From the NCBI GenBank assembly GCA_035084275.1, contig CM068752.1, positions 7,068,001-7,132,000 on the forward strand: a stretch of 64,000 bases of DNA, written 5' to 3'. The notes below the pieces were generated by a model. The model was not told the DNA's origin, made no database searches, and saw only the letters and a program-made list of their open reading frames with translations. Below are positions 49,521 through 63,851 of this stretch, piece by piece. The DNA is from Hydrolagus colliei (taxonomy: Eukaryota). Both the position numbers and the translations under genes were made by a program. Each line of letters starts with the position of its first letter. Positions within the stretch are counted from its first letter, which is position 1.

Positions 49521-52500
49521 GCATCACATTTTAGTCGACCACAGAGAATGGAAGGAACATGATTGATGAATGTAAGGTCCCTGCTTTGAGCCTTCAGATT
49601 CAGGAAAGATCTTGCACCTCAAGTCAGGGAGAAGTTCTTTTGAACCTCTTATTCCTCGAGTCACAATCTCATATTCAAGCTCTCTTGTTCTAAAATCTCC
49701 TATTTACAGAGAATGTTTTTCATGACTAATTTTCTCAAATCTGTTCAGTATCTTCTCATCAACATTTCAATCATGTAACTCTTCAACCTTCTTTGCTCCG
49801 ATGGAAGAGTCCTAAGCTCTCTCGCTGCTCCTCACAGCTACAATAATAATTTAAATATCAAATTGTTGATAATACATTAGAATCTGGTGTACAGTCCCTG
49901 CTTTATACCTTTCCCTGAATCCACTTTCAATTATTCACCCTAAAGAGATCGCTTGCCATGATAGAAAATGTTTATATTGATTTGGAATCACAATTCATTA
50001 CCAGGCTGCTGGAGCAGAATTGTGCAGAAGCTCATTGCTGACACTTGTGCAAAGTAACCCTGTAAGAGGCCCATGTGAAGTGATTGTTATCAGTCTCTTG
50101 TGATCGCCACACTGGTGCCAGGGCTCACGCTACCAGCCTCAAGGAGGAGCCAGGCTCGTTCGCTCTCAGGGCTTCTATGTCTCTTTCATTCTGGGGCTCC
50201 ACATGTGAGAAAGAACAGATGCCGCTCCATGTTTCTCTGTTGCTAACTGCAGTCTTAGTGAAATGTGACCTTTGTAATGTCTTAATGGCTAAAAGATTCA
50301 TGAATATTTCAATGGGAAAGAACAAAATATGAATGAAAGAGAGCTGACTGTAGCACGAAAGCTGAAAAATAAATCATTAAATGCATAGAAAAACATGTCA
50401 GTGGAAAAGTAAAAGAATAAAGACTTGAGGTAAAGATAATGTTTACTTCTGCTTTACAGCTGTTAACTTAGCTTATCCTGTTAGCCTCTGAGATGGTAAA
50501 TAGTCTTCTCAATGATAGTGCTAAAATATAAGATTTTCTGCAAGAAAACGGTGCTGAACTAAAAAGTACAAATTTTATTTGATTCCACTGCTAAGATGGT
50601 TCCACAAGTGTGCATTGATTCTTTGCGCTGAAGACTAATCTTAATTGTAAGCACATTTCACTTGAGGGACTGGCCCACCTCATTACAGCTCAGCAATGCA
50701 CAGGGCTAGTTAGTCGGCAACAAAAGAACTTTAAAATTGTTTTCGACGCATAACAAAACCTAAAGTGTCAGTTGGAATGATTGATGCCAAATTTGAAAGA
50801 TATAATGTTATTTTTATATGCCAGATATGGTTGTTTTGGGTAGTAGAGTAGTCACAGGGTCTCTATATTCTCAGCTCCTGTTAACCTTGCAAGCCAAAGC
50901 CCCAATGGTGGTCCTAAGTGGACAAGCAGCAGTAACCTTAGTGGCAAGCTATTTGGTATTAGCTGTTTCGAATCTAGCAGTTACCCTAAGGCACACTCTG
51001 TAGTCCCTAAGCCTTAGCTCTTGCCAAAGTGTGCCTAATACTCTCTGGTAACCAGGACACAGCCCTTCAGAGAAAGTGTCCTTATTCCATTCCAACAAAT
51101 ATCTCTGAATTTTCATGTGTAGGTGGAATTCTTGAGTTGATTTGGATATTCTTAAGCATGGTGATGGGTTTCCATGTGTGCAAGGCACCCGGCTGACCAA
51201 ACATGAATGAAAATAGGTGCATTATCCAAGAACATTTTAAAGTCCTTTCTTCATCAGAAATTTCTGGTGTAAAAGAAGCTTCCTTGTCCACTTGGTAAAA
51301 AGAGTAGCTGATTTGTAACATTAAAACTGGTGACTAAGACAGAGAATTGAACCTTTTTAATAAAATACGAGTATGATTTTAATTTTAAAATGTTAAATGT
51401 GAAGATTGGACCATTTAATCCCAAATTTCTGCCTCATTCAGCCTTTTTCTTTGATGTTATAATTCATTCTGCTAATGTCTAATTCATTCTGCTTTTCTAA
51501 GACCTTATTGTACAATGTTGCCTCCAACCCCTTCCAATGGGATCATAGAGGGACATAATGTAGAACTGCTTACATCAACGGTAAGCCATTTTAAAGAATA
51601 ATATTTGTAATAAATATTAAGTAATAATAAATATTTCACTCAATAAATTTCTGTAAAAACACATCAAATTGAAGGAGTATGCACGAAACACATGGCGTCC
51701 TCCAGTTTGTAACCAGCCGTAAGGGAAGAGGATGAATAAGGGGCTGGTGTAGCCCTCCCACTCCAAGTGCACACAAGAAGACTCTTGTGTTGGTTAGCTA
51801 TTCATATTTCTTTAGTTCCATCTTTCCACATTGAGAAACTGTTGCACAAACTAAAGTTAATATTGCTGAGATCCATCGCCTGTGGCTATTTGCACAGAGT
51901 GCACTTTCATTCCCTGTTCACCATTGGTAGCAAAGCACAGACATAAATGGCAGCACTGAAAGCAAGGCTTTTCATCTCTTTGATGTCACTTTTCACTACA
52001 GTATATAAATCCAGCCACTGAGGAAACCAGATGCCAGAATTTACAAAGCAACAGTTTGGATAGAGGTCTGGAGAGCTTGTGGAAAGTGTACAGCATATTT
52101 GTCTCACTTCTGATGTGGATGGAAATGGAACATTCTATTCGAATGGAAAAGTCTTCTATCCATCTTGTGTAAATTACTTAATATGAAAATATTAAATTTG
52201 ATTTTGATATTTTATTATCAGGAGCTGAGTGAGGTTTATAAATTTGCATTTGAAATGGTTCCTTTTATTTCAAACCAATTCACACCATAAAAAGGGTTTT
52301 ATTGCATGAGAAGCGCTGATATACCCTCCAGGGGCAAACAATCAAAGGAACAGAAAGTACTGTATCTCTAATTTTTATTACTTATTTGAAAGATTGTTCC
52401 TCGTATCAAAGAATGTCTATGTCCTATCTGCCAATCTCAGTGGTGTTCCCAGGACTCAACGACTATTGCGAATGCCCATCAGCACTGAGCTGGGGTCCCC

Positions 52501-54029
52501 TGTCTTCCACCCCCACTCCACACCCACCCCCCTCCCACACACACATACACACACACAAACACACACACAAACAGAGTGAGACATTGACATTGCCCCTCAA
52601 GGGCTCCCTCAAAATTCATACAATGTAATGTCTTCTCCGAAATTTAAATTTTCAAAACTTTACAGGTCCCTGAAGACTGATAGCAAATTACAGAAAATCT
52701 AAGTTTGACATTTCTGTATTAAGCAGCAAATGTTCCTGTTCAGTGGCAACATGGCACCTGTTTCTGCGCTTGTCCCATGCTAATTCAGACTTTCTATTGA
52801 CCTGCTGGCTGTAATCCATTAAGTCCTTTCCCTAACAATCCCTCTACAGCAATACATACAAGCTAAAGGATTTCAACTTATTGCCACTTAGAGTCCCCAT
52901 ATATAATCTCCAGTTTGTATTTCACAAACCGTTCACAATTACTTGCCAAATGTCCTTTCATTCTCTAATATATTATAATATAAATAAACCATTTTCTAAC
53001 TTCAAACATGCCACTCCAGATCTATGGCTGCAGATTACATAGTTTGTAAAAGCCTGAGCCCCTCAATCACTCTGACAACCTCAGTTTCTCAGGCAATTGT
53101 AGATCCGTGCTAAGGTTTATGGCAGGCTGTCCCGTGACTAGGCAAAATCCCTTTTTTATGTCTTGCTTATACATTCTTTGGGAGATGGTTTACATACCAG
53201 GCCTGGGAGCTCCACTAAATCAGCTGCCGGCAGCAGATGTGGAAAGTGCCGCCCAGCTGACTGCTGGGATTAATGAGCCGAGATGTCAGTAAGCAATGGT
53301 GTTACATCACTTCCCAATAAATTAATTCTCAAATCAGTACAAATGGAAGAACTAGAGTTGGGTGGAATCTCTGTAAAATAAATCCTCCCAAATGTGACTG
53401 AAGACTTTTTCTCTTCGTGTAGCTGCTGGTCTTAACACCCCAATCCTCAATTGATACCACTGTGAGTGCAACTGATAGTGAGGGATCAATGCTTCAAAAA
53501 TACAACAACAAAGTACAGGACAACAACAAAATTATATTTATAGAGTGCCTTTCACGTCGAGAGGATGTTCCAAGGCGCTGATGCAACTAATGTTACATCA
53601 ATGTAACTATACCCAAATCTTCTCTAAGTATTATTAGGCAGCAAGCAAAGGTAAATTTATCAATTCATTAGTTTTGAAAAGAGAAGGGAGGTTCTCTCGG
53701 TGAACCAGCAATCAATCCCAAATACATAATTGGTTATTCACTTTGTGGGACATTACTGTGCGCAAATTTTCTGAGGACAAAAGTGGACTGTTGGCCAAAT
53801 TTGTTTAAAATTGTTACATATTATTTAAGGAAATACAGTTTAATTTCTGTCAGTTATTTGTCTACACTTCTAGGGGAGAATAGCAGCAAAGTGCAAGTTC
53901 TCAAATTGCTAGTCAATTTGTCAACAATTTTAGACAAATTTAGCCAACTGTCCACTTTCCTCCTCAGCAGTTGTGCACACAATAATGTCCTAAAGAGTGA
54001 ATAACCAATTTTACATCAGGGATTGTTTA

Positions 54030-54272
54030 TTAGTTCACCAAGAGAACCTCCTTTCTCTTTTCAAATCAAGCCATGGGAACTGTAGCATCTATCTGAATAG
54101 GCAGACGGGACCTCAGTTTAACATCTCATTCGAAGGACAGCAACTCCAACATTGCACTGGAGTGTGAGGCAGGACAATGTGAGTTCAAAGTACAGTACTG
54201 ATGTTTGATTGAGGTGTCAATCCACAATCTTCCGACTCAATGGCAAGAGTGTTACTGAGCCAAGCTGACACA
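54030..54272 (-). mobile_element. Deu-domain SINE relic including tRNA-like head
   Basis: gccatgggaac...ggcagacgggacctcagtttaacatctcattcgaaggacagcaactccaaca...ttccgactca...actgagccaagctgacac. Confidence 0.6.
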
Positions 54273-56795
54273 ACACCCCTGACACGATGGGCCAAATGAT
54301 CTGATTCTCTGCTGTCAATGTCTGATTCTATGAAGTAGGTGCCCAAGAGCATTGATGCAATATGCCTTTCTCTCATAGTTCCCACATCATCCAGTTGGGA
54401 GGAGGTGGATATCTGTCGGCTGTACCAATGGTTTGCTACGCAGATGGATTCATAGCATTTGCTACAATATTACTTTAACTTTGGATAAGAGTATCAGATA
54501 GATGCAAATAAATGCTCTGTCACAGGCTGTTGGCTACACATTTGAAAGGCTTTTTGAATGATAGCACCCTTTGGCTCCTGCTTCATTGTCAGAGGCCAAG
54601 CCAGTAGCAATTCACAGCAGTTAGAGGTGCTGAGGTTAGGGTTTGTGGATCTCAGTGGTCACAGGAACATACCCTGTTTAGGAATGACATGAAGCAGCTG
54701 TTAATAGGGAGGATATGGAAAGAGAAAACAGGCAACGCCTTGTAACATGAGTGGTTCTTTGACTACATGTATAAGAACAAATGGCAAATAATATTTGAAA
54801 CAGAAATGATCTATTTGAGAAATGAATGGTTTTGCAATATAATTTTCTGGAACATAGTCTTTGAAAAACTCACAATCCCAGATCTGCTTCACATTGATGT
54901 ACCTTGATTTCATATAAACACACGCCAGTCGAGGCTTCCTGGCAGGACTATAGACCTGGTTGACATGCAATAAAACATTTACAGTCTGTGCTCGGTACAA
55001 AACATTTTGCATTAGCCAGACCCCAAACCTCCAATCAGCAAATGAGAATGAGTGCAAATCAGGGCAGACTTGGAGCTGGGTTCAATTTGACTTCAACTCA
55101 ACTCAGAGCAAACGATCTTTGCTCCATGCAGGTCAGATAAGTTTGTATTTGTTCTAAAACTGAAGAGCAAGTACTGAATATCTGCCCCTACACCATCAAT
55201 GTAGAATACTACTACAGTATTAGCATTTGAAATGGCACCATATTGTGTAAGGGGTGAAAACTGTGAATTCTTAACAACGGTGTTAATTCTTATATTTTAT
55301 CAACTAAGATCAACGTAAGTCAGTCAATAGATGAAGACAATCAAATAACAGAAGACCTCCACATAATACTCCACCACAATAGATGGGCCTGAAGATAGCA
55401 TCAACTTTACCCATCTTTTAAGTTAGTATCCATGGAACCACGTTGGAGGTGGGGAGAAGGGTAAACTTTAGATATTCAACAGCCTCATTGGCCACATTTT
55501 TCAATAATGTGATACTACTAGTGTTGCCTGATATATTCATAACATAAAGATTACGTATTATTGTATCTAACCTATAGCACAAATGTCTCTGAAACAGCAA
55601 CAAGATGAATGCAAGGCTGATAATGGGGAATATTGGCCACAACACCAGGAGGAACTCCCTAATTTTCTTTGAAATATTGGCAGGGGCGGGGTGGGGGGGC
55701 CTCTTCTTGGAGCTACAAGGTGAAATGCATACTAATTGAATACTGTAATTGAATCATCCATCTGTGACAGACTTGGCAATCTGATTCTTAAGACAGGTGG
55801 GTCCACCGAACTCAAGGGCACCGCTGATGACAGGCAAGCTAACTTGGATCATAATCAGGAGCAGCAGATCAGTCACTCGGGGCAGGGACTCTTTCTACTC
55901 AGAAACTGTTAACTGTGCAAACCAAAGCCCTAATCTTGGAGCCAAAGCCCCAACTCTGGTCCTGGCTGAACAAGAAACTAAGTTTGCCAGACCGTGGTCT
56001 GAATGGCAAGCTATGTTAGACTCAGCAACTACCCCCAATGGATACTCTAGGGTCTCCAATGCCTTGACTCTTGCCAACCTGGCGCTGGTGCAAGGTTGAA
56101 ACTACTAATCTTCTAGGAGACATCATATTTGTAGAACAGAAGAAAGAAAAATCTGCTTCTTGCCACTGATAAGATGCTTTTCCTCAGAAGTCAGACTGTG
56201 TCACTTGTAAGTGAATTCAAGGTCTGAATTCCCCCAATCTAAACTAATAGATGGGAAATCAATGAGTGGTCTTCCAGCTAAAGTAATGTTGTGCGATGGC
56301 TAGCTGCAGTATTATCCATTGATAGTATCAAACAGTATTTGAGGAAGCATTATTGATCATTTTAAGATTCAATCAGTGTGTAACAAAAAAAGGAACCGCT
56401 CCTCTTTAAGGAACTGCTTTCTTTAGTGTCTGGTTAATACATTGCTAATTTATCGTGTCATAGCGTAGACAAGATTCTGTAGGCCTCCTCTTTGATCTTG
56501 TTCCACTTGGAGTATAACACCACATTTTCCACTGTGTTTAGATCCAAGGACTAGTCTAGTCATTTATCTTACTTCAAAACCATATGCTGTATCTTTGGCC
56601 AGAGACTGCTGTGCAGTTCTGTGCATCACATTGTATTAGGAGATTCATAATTCTCACTTCGGGCTCACCTGAACGTATCGTGTTCATTTCTGGCCCCCAA
56701 TCACTTTTATGTTTTTGTGCATAAACCTGTGGAGTCATTTAGAATATTGGTTTAAAACAATATCAGTTGATTGAAGTATGACAGTGGACAAGTGT

Positions 56796-57125
56796 GGAGT
56801 CCTGCAGAGCTCAGTGGTTAGAGCACTCGCCTTACAAGCATGAGACCTGTGTTAGAATCGAGGCAGGCCAGGGCAAAATCTTGGGTAAGTTCGTTACTCT
56901 AAATGCCTAATAATAATCCCTCCTAAAAAAAAACACAATAATAAAATTGGTCATTTCAATCCATGGCTGTTTGTGGGATACTAATGTGCACAATTGGCTG
57001 CTGCATTTTGCCCACAAATGTACAGTATACAGTATACACTTTACAGTATATTCTTACAGTATAAGTGCTTTAAAACATCTAGAAGATATTAAAAGTGCTA
57101 TATCAAATACAAGGACTATTATTAT
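56796..57125 (+). mobile_element. tRNA-derived SINE, full length
   Basis: ggagtcctgcagagctcagtggttagagcactcgcc...aaatacaaggactattatt. Confidence 0.85.
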
Positions 57126-57242
57126 ATATTGTAAGGTTCCTCCTCTACAATAGATTTTTAAATTTGCACTTTGTATCTCCATGTGAGACACATAATTTTA
57201 TTCCGTTAAATTGCCTTTTAAAAGCTTGAATATTTGAAACCT

Positions 57243-57560
57243 TAAGAAAGCAGCCATTTGGCCCACTCCTTGAACTGCCCACACAATCCCTACCTATTGT
57301 GGATTTTAACCCATCCTCTCTCTCTGTGAGTAAGTCCCTGATCCCCTCAGGTAACACAGCTACCTATATTACAGATTATTTTTCTGCCTCCACATCAACC
57401 TTGTTCTCCATCGCAGAAAAATTGACGAGGAAACTAAATTGGGTGAGGCCAGGAGGCTGCAGTATAAACTTACCCACTCTCAAAGGAACATAAGGAAGCC
57501 ATTGAGCCCGTTAATCCTGTTCCGCCAGTTTATTACACCACGCAGATGTATTAATTTCTG
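57243..57560 (-). mobile_element. probable CR1-type LINE 3' remnants
   Basis: agcagccatttggcccactc and gaacataaggaagccattgagcccgttaatcctgttcc resemble CR1 3' ends; heavily decayed. Confidence 0.4.
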
Positions 57561-58780
57561 TTCCCCATAGCTAATACCTGAACTTCTCAAGTAGTCATCA
57601 GAAATTCAGAGAGGTTTAAAACACAAAGTATTTTGCCCAAGTCTCTCATGTATATTACATGTGTCCTTGTCGCAATGCAGATGTAGGATCAATTGTGAGT
57701 GATCTTGCTTCCCTTTAATACCAATAAGTACTGTCATTTAAATTTTTTTGAAACTTGCTAATAATTTTCACAATGTAATTTTTTTTAGAACTTTCTTCTC
57801 GATGTCAAATTTGGCTTTCTCACTTTAGGTGACCTGGACCATGCCATTGGCTAAATATTTACTTATTTTGATCCTTCACCTGTGATGTGCTCCTGTAACA
57901 TGATCTCAAAGTACAATCGATTCCCCGTCCAGGCCAGTTTGTTACTTGTCTCCCTGTTTATCACCCTAACCAGCATTCTCCACCCCTCCCCCAAACTCAT
58001 CGCACTATGGACTGCTGCTCGGTCTGCCACAGCTCCTGATAAGACCTGATGGATGAGAGAAGTTTGGCTCCATCAGAACCATTTAGTCTTCACTTGCCAA
58101 AAAGTGTTTCTTCAAAAATCCCATTTCAATATTACTTCATTTTTTTTCACAGCGGAAGTGAATTTACTGCTTCTTTTTAAAAAAAATGCTGATGATATGA
58201 ACCCCGAAGTTCCATTCCCTCCAATGGTCCATCCGTTTAGTTCTGCTGCGATAATATTGTGCTAAATTGCACTCAGAAAATAGTTGTTCCTCTGATGCTC
58301 AAATGTTTTTGTCCTTTTGGATTCTAACCCAGCACCAACTTGTGTGCCGATATATTTTTAAAGGTTTCAAACGTGCTTGCTTATCACAAATCTAGTGCTG
58401 GGTCAGTTAGAACAATTCATTTTCTCTTAGATGTGTAAATAATTGTTTACTGAGAGGAGTACATGTGTAGCACATGTATCAGGAAATTTTCCTACCCTAC
58501 TTATTGACGCTTCAGTGCAGGGCTGAAGGAGAGCTGTATTGTTGTAGGATATTGTTGTGGAAACATTTTCTGATAGATGTGCTGGTCTTAGTAAGCAATT
58601 ATTTACCAGTCTCTGAGAAAATAAATTGTTCTAACCAATCCAGTCCTAGGACATCAGTATAATATTTCATCTGGTAAACACTGCTTCATCGATACTGCAA
58701 CTCTGTCGAGCACTGCATTGAAGTATCGGTGTAGATTGTGAATTCATAATCCCAAATTAGCACTTGAATTTACTGCCTTC

Positions 58781-59045
58781 AACAACAACTTGCACTTATA
58801 TAGTGCCCTCCACGAGTTTAACAGTAGTGGAGTTTGACTCTGGGCTGGGGGAATGTTTTGGGGGAGTGGAGGTCTCCATAAACGCAGTCAGAGAGGAAGT
58901 TTTTCAGGTGGGACTTGAAAAGGGGGAGAGAGGGGGCAAGGCGAAGGGATTGAGGAAGAGTGTTCCAGGGTTTGGGGACATAGTGGCTGAAAGTGCGACC
59001 TCCAATGGTGAGGCAGAGGGTGCGTGAGACGAGCTTCACATTCAG
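58781..59045 (-). mobile_element. L2 LINE 3' end
   Basis: TIGGRTFSHYVPKPWNTLPQSLRLAPSLPLFKSHLK, an L2 ORF2 C-terminus. Confidence 0.8.
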
Positions 59046-59184
59046 AGACATGTATTGCTACCAGTTGAGGCAAGTTCCCACCTGGCATTGATGTAGCAAT
59101 GTGTGCAGCTTGATTATATTCTTTCTAAGTATATCACTTCTGGATATACTTCTGTACTTCTGGAGAGGTTTGTTCGGGAGAGGT

Positions 59185-59395
59185 TTGTTCTCACTTTCAA
59201 GGCCATTCACAGCCTTGCCCCCCTCTCCCACCACCTCTGCTATCCTCCCAACTTGCTCCTTCCCAACTCTCTCCTGCCGCTCCCCTCTACCCTGTCCCTC
59301 TCCCTTGCTCGGGTCCCGACCTGACTGTTTGTCCTCGCGCCTTGGTAAGTCCTCCCAACGTGAAAAGAGCTCTATAAATGTAATTGTGTTGTTAT
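59185..59395 (+). mobile_element. internally deleted L2 3' end
   Basis: Tail gcgccttggtaagtcctcccaacgtgaaaagagctctataaatgtaattgtgttg. Confidence 0.7.
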
Positions 59396-61412
59396 TCTGG
59401 AGAGGGTTGTTCTGTTAAACATATAAGAAAAGAAAGTGTAGACTTTTGCACTTCTTTCCCACCTTTGTAAATACAGTAGTAAAATGTAGCATTATGCAAG
59501 TGAAGAGATGATTATTATACCTGTACAATGTTAATTTCTTTGACCCAACAGTCCAAAAGTATAAATATCACAATGTGTGCACTTTATGCAAGGTTGGATG
59601 GAAATTATATTGTCATTTTACACCTGTTCTTAAATCTCCTTTACATCTACTAGGTGCCAAGGAGGTTCTGCCTTACCTCCCCTTCTCTCAAGCATCGTTC
59701 CTATAAACCTTTTTCTCTTATTACTCCTTAGCACATCATCCTACATTTGTTTCCACTTCACTTCACTCCCCATTGTGTTGGAATGAATACCCATTGCAGC
59801 ATCTTCTGCACTAATATCTTTGTTAGAACTCTGGAACTCCCGTTCAGAGATTCAGGCTCACTGGACTGGATCTCAACAACAACTTGCATTTATATAGTGC
59901 CCTTCAAGCAGAGTTGCGTCCCCTCCAGCCGTGGCTTTAATGTACTGTATTGCGTTGGTAAGTTATTCAGAATATGGAGCACACTTAGCAGGAAATCACA
60001 AGTGCATTACTGGGCATGTGGCTCCAACCTTTAACTCTTTCAAAACATTATTACTGATACAAATTTGTAGTCTTGGTTATTATTATTGACATTGTTACAA
60101 TGATCAATCTGCAAGAGTGAAACTCTGAAATATTCCAGCAAAAAAGATTAGGCAGTTATTTACCCTTTCTTAATAACATTTATACATCCTACTGCTCCAC
60201 ACTGCAGTGCTAACACTGTTCAGTTTAGTGACAGATCGAAGAAGAAACTTGTACCTGATGACGTGCCATAGCAATAACCCCTTGTATCTGATTAGCTGTA
60301 GGGTGTGGAGGCTGAGTGTGAGCTGGTTGGAGTGATAGGCTTCCCAGAATAACCGTAATCTACTGCAGTCTCACAGATAGGGCTCATACTTTTCCTGGAG
60401 GCATTTTCAATGTGCCATTACAGAATGACAATTATCACTTATGTATGTCAGCAATTGATAACAGTTTATTTCTTCCCAAAACCTTAGATGCACAGGAAAA
60501 TGGAAACATGAGAAGATATTGAGCTTGTTCCACCAGTTTTATCAAATCTTGGGGAATCTTTTAATCGCTTAATCAATACTATAGCATTTTAACCATTCCT
60601 TTCAATACCTCCAATTCACTGTTTATTTCTCTTTTAAATATCTATCTTAAGTGATAGATTTTTACAGCAGAGTATTCCACAATTTCACAACCTTCTACAT
60701 GAAGACATGTTTACTTTTCTCAGTTCTAAGGCCCTTTGTAACAACCACATTGCTTAAAAGATTTGAAAACACAAGCTTTTTTGAGTTCTTTGCATTTATA
60801 GCTGCTAAGAATTCATAAATATTGCCAAGAAGAAACAGTACACTGAACCACTAAAGCAATGTGGATTGTTTGAATAAGGAGCTCTTTTAATTAAAGATTC
60901 AATTACTCCACCCCAATCATAAACTTGGTGATTTGCCTGGATAAAAACAGGACCTCAGAATTATTTAGAAAACATTTTAAAATCTTTGCATTTGATACAG
61001 TGTCATCACTTCGAAATACTGTATCTCAAAAAACTACATAATAAATTACTTTGAAATGTTTTAATTTCTTCTATGTTGCAACCACATAAACTATTCAGCA
61101 CCACACATGAACAAACAATTCGCTTCTTTTTAATTCATTTGGATGATTTGAGGAATATTGATTATCTTTTCTGAGGTAGAAAGCCTTGGTCGAGGGAGGC
61201 GTAACTCAGCCAGATTTTCCTCCTCATGAGTCCTGCTGGAAAGTGCATAAGCCAACATCAAATGTGAGGACAGGATCGGAAACAGTTATGATCCCTCCAT
61301 GATCAAATGTGCCAAAATGCACTGTTAAAACATACAATCAATAAAATAAATAACTTATTGTCATTAAGAACATTAACGTGTAAAGTCATGCTTATCATAT
61401 ATACATGTTCGT

Positions 61413-61712
61413 GGAGCTCCTGTAGCTCAGTGGTTAGAGCACTCGCCTTACAAGCTGTGTTCGAATGCAGGCAGATCAGGGCGAAACCTTGGGCAAGTTT
61501 CCTTACTCCACATGTCCAATAATAATCCGTGAATAATAAAAAATGGTCATTTTCAATCCTTGACTGCTTGTGCGACACTGTTGTGCGCAATTGTCTGCTT
61601 TGTCCACAAATATACAGTCAACTCACAGTATACAGTACAGTATATTCTGCGAAGCACTTTGAGACGTTGATAAGGTGTGAAAAGCACTATATCAAATACA
61701 AGGATTATTATT
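61413..61712 (+). mobile_element. tRNA-derived SINE, full length
   Basis: ggagctcctgtagctcagtggttagagcactcgcc...aaatacaaggattattatt. Confidence 0.88.
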
Positions 61713-63319
61713 ATGTATGCCCGCTGAGCCGCTCGGAGAGAGTTGTGGAAACAAACTAAAGGGTAGGAGGAGGGCAGTCGGATATAATGATGCAGAGGCA
61801 GCACCAACAATACGAAACACATTGAGCTCCTGTTAACTCGACCCTATGTTAATTTGTCAACATGTTGTCAATATCGAACCACTTCGAATGCAAAATATTA
61901 TGGACTCCACTTTACTAGTCACTCCACTTTCCATCTAACCAGTCTTATTCTAGAAATCCTTATAAACACTTACAATGTAAAATTGTTTGGATAACTTGTC
62001 CTATAAACAGTATTGCAGAGGCCTCCAGCCCCATCTGAGAACCAGCATCAGTCAGAGCACCTCTCCTGATCCCTATCCCCTACTCGAGTCCAAATCCCCG
62101 ATTGTCCAACGCCTTGAGACATCCTCCTGAAGTGAAAGGCACTTTGTACATGTAATTTGTTGTTCTTGAGGCCTGAGAGGACCTATGCTTACCACGCAAC
62201 TACGGAAAATTCAGCCCTGTTTAATTTAACGTATTTAAAGAGTAAAAAGGAGACAATAAATCACAGCCATTGATTCAACCTTAAAGAGGAATTGTATGAA
62301 AAGCAGTTTAAAGGGTTATTTTGTTTAGAAAGAGAGAGAGAAGCTTTAGTCCTTGCTGCATCTTTAGTTGAGAGAGTATCTAAAACACTGTGCGCTGATT
62401 TTTCTGAGATGACATGTAAGTACATGAAAAGGCTTTGAAAATTAAGCTATTTCTGTCATATAAAAGGAGGAATTTCTTCTGAATGGATTTGGTTTAAATT
62501 TGGAGGTTTAGGCCCAATGAGTAGTGTTCAGCAGTAATTTTGTGGAATTTTTGGCACACATGCTGTTCCTCAGTCTTACTCTTGATGCTGTCCATACGTT
62601 AAGGAACCATGTCTAGCACCAAACGGTCTCATTCCACACAATGCAGAAACACTGTGTCCTGATCTTTTCTGAGATAGTACTAGTGGCTGTCGCAGTTGAC
62701 TAGTGGGAGAGGCATCTGGCTCAACTGAGGTGTTTAGTCTAGCAATCAGATTGGTGTCTGAATGTCTGCCGATACCCAAAGGTGCAGCATGTGCTGCTGG
62801 GTACTGCTGACACATAGCCAGACATGTCCAGCGAGGTTCTGCAGCTCCCCTCTGACACAGAACAGTTCCTTGCACTGAATGCAAGAACACAGAAACAATA
62901 ATATATTGTGTTGCATGTAACCAGGGATATCAGTGTGTACATGAGCAAATCTTCAGTGCAGAATAACTAAGAATAGACAAAAATGAATGTTGACTTTAAC
63001 CATCACACAGATCAATAAGAGACAAGAATTGCTTGTTTCATTCACTACATTCAAGATTAGATCCTGTTTAGATTCACAAATGTGTGTGAATTACAGGACC
63101 ATTAATTGTTGTTTTTTACTTCCCTAAACACCAATTTGCTGATTAAATTATCAAATGATTCATATAGCAAATCTCTCAATTCACTCAACAATCATGCCAC
63201 AACAAAATATCATTCCATTTGGAATATATCATACAGAATATATCACACAGAATATATATCACATAGAATAAGTGATATGGCAATGTCCTACTTGTCAGAT
63301 TTCCAAAGTCCTCCTTCCA

Positions 63320-63570
63320 TAGGTTGCAGATAATCCAGAACTCTGCGCTCCATGTCCTCTACCACACCAAGCTTCGTGACCCATCTCCCCATCCTCGCCC
63401 GACTCCATTGGCTCCCCATTACCCAGAGGATCCAATTCAAGATCCTGGTCCTCAAATTCAAAGCCCTCCAGAGTCTCGCCCCACCCCCCTCGGCAACCTC
63501 CTAACCTCCTACCAACCTGCCCACCCCTTCCACTCAGCAGGCTCCAACCTGCTCCAAGGTTCTGGACTGC
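63320..63570 (+). mobile_element. L2 ORF2 fragment
   Basis: LQIIQNSALHVL...cattggctcccc...aattcaagatcctggtcctc, shared with other copies. Confidence 0.75.
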
Positions 63571-63851
63571 GTTAGTGAGATGAAATGTGCATCCATGGAT
63601 GGTGATGCTTCAGCGCCTTAGGTGTGGATGCACTGGGTTGCAGATGGGGCAGAATGTCATTTATCACTTTGACCAAAGTTATTTCTGTGCTGTGGGCGGT
63701 ATAGAAACCCAATTGGAAGGGTTTGTAAAGGAAATGGAGGGAGAGGAAGGCACGAAGCTGGGAAGCAATGACTATATCACACAGAATATATCACAGTAAA
63801 ATATCATACAGAATATGTCACATAAAAAATATAACACAGACTTATTATATA

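Noticed and set aside
63225-63840. Repeated atatcacagaat units at about 63225-63270 and 63775-63840, considered as a spaced array
   Set aside because: Simple low-complexity minisatellite split by an L2 fragment; no repeat-spacer structure, and CRISPR is not expected in vertebrate DNA.
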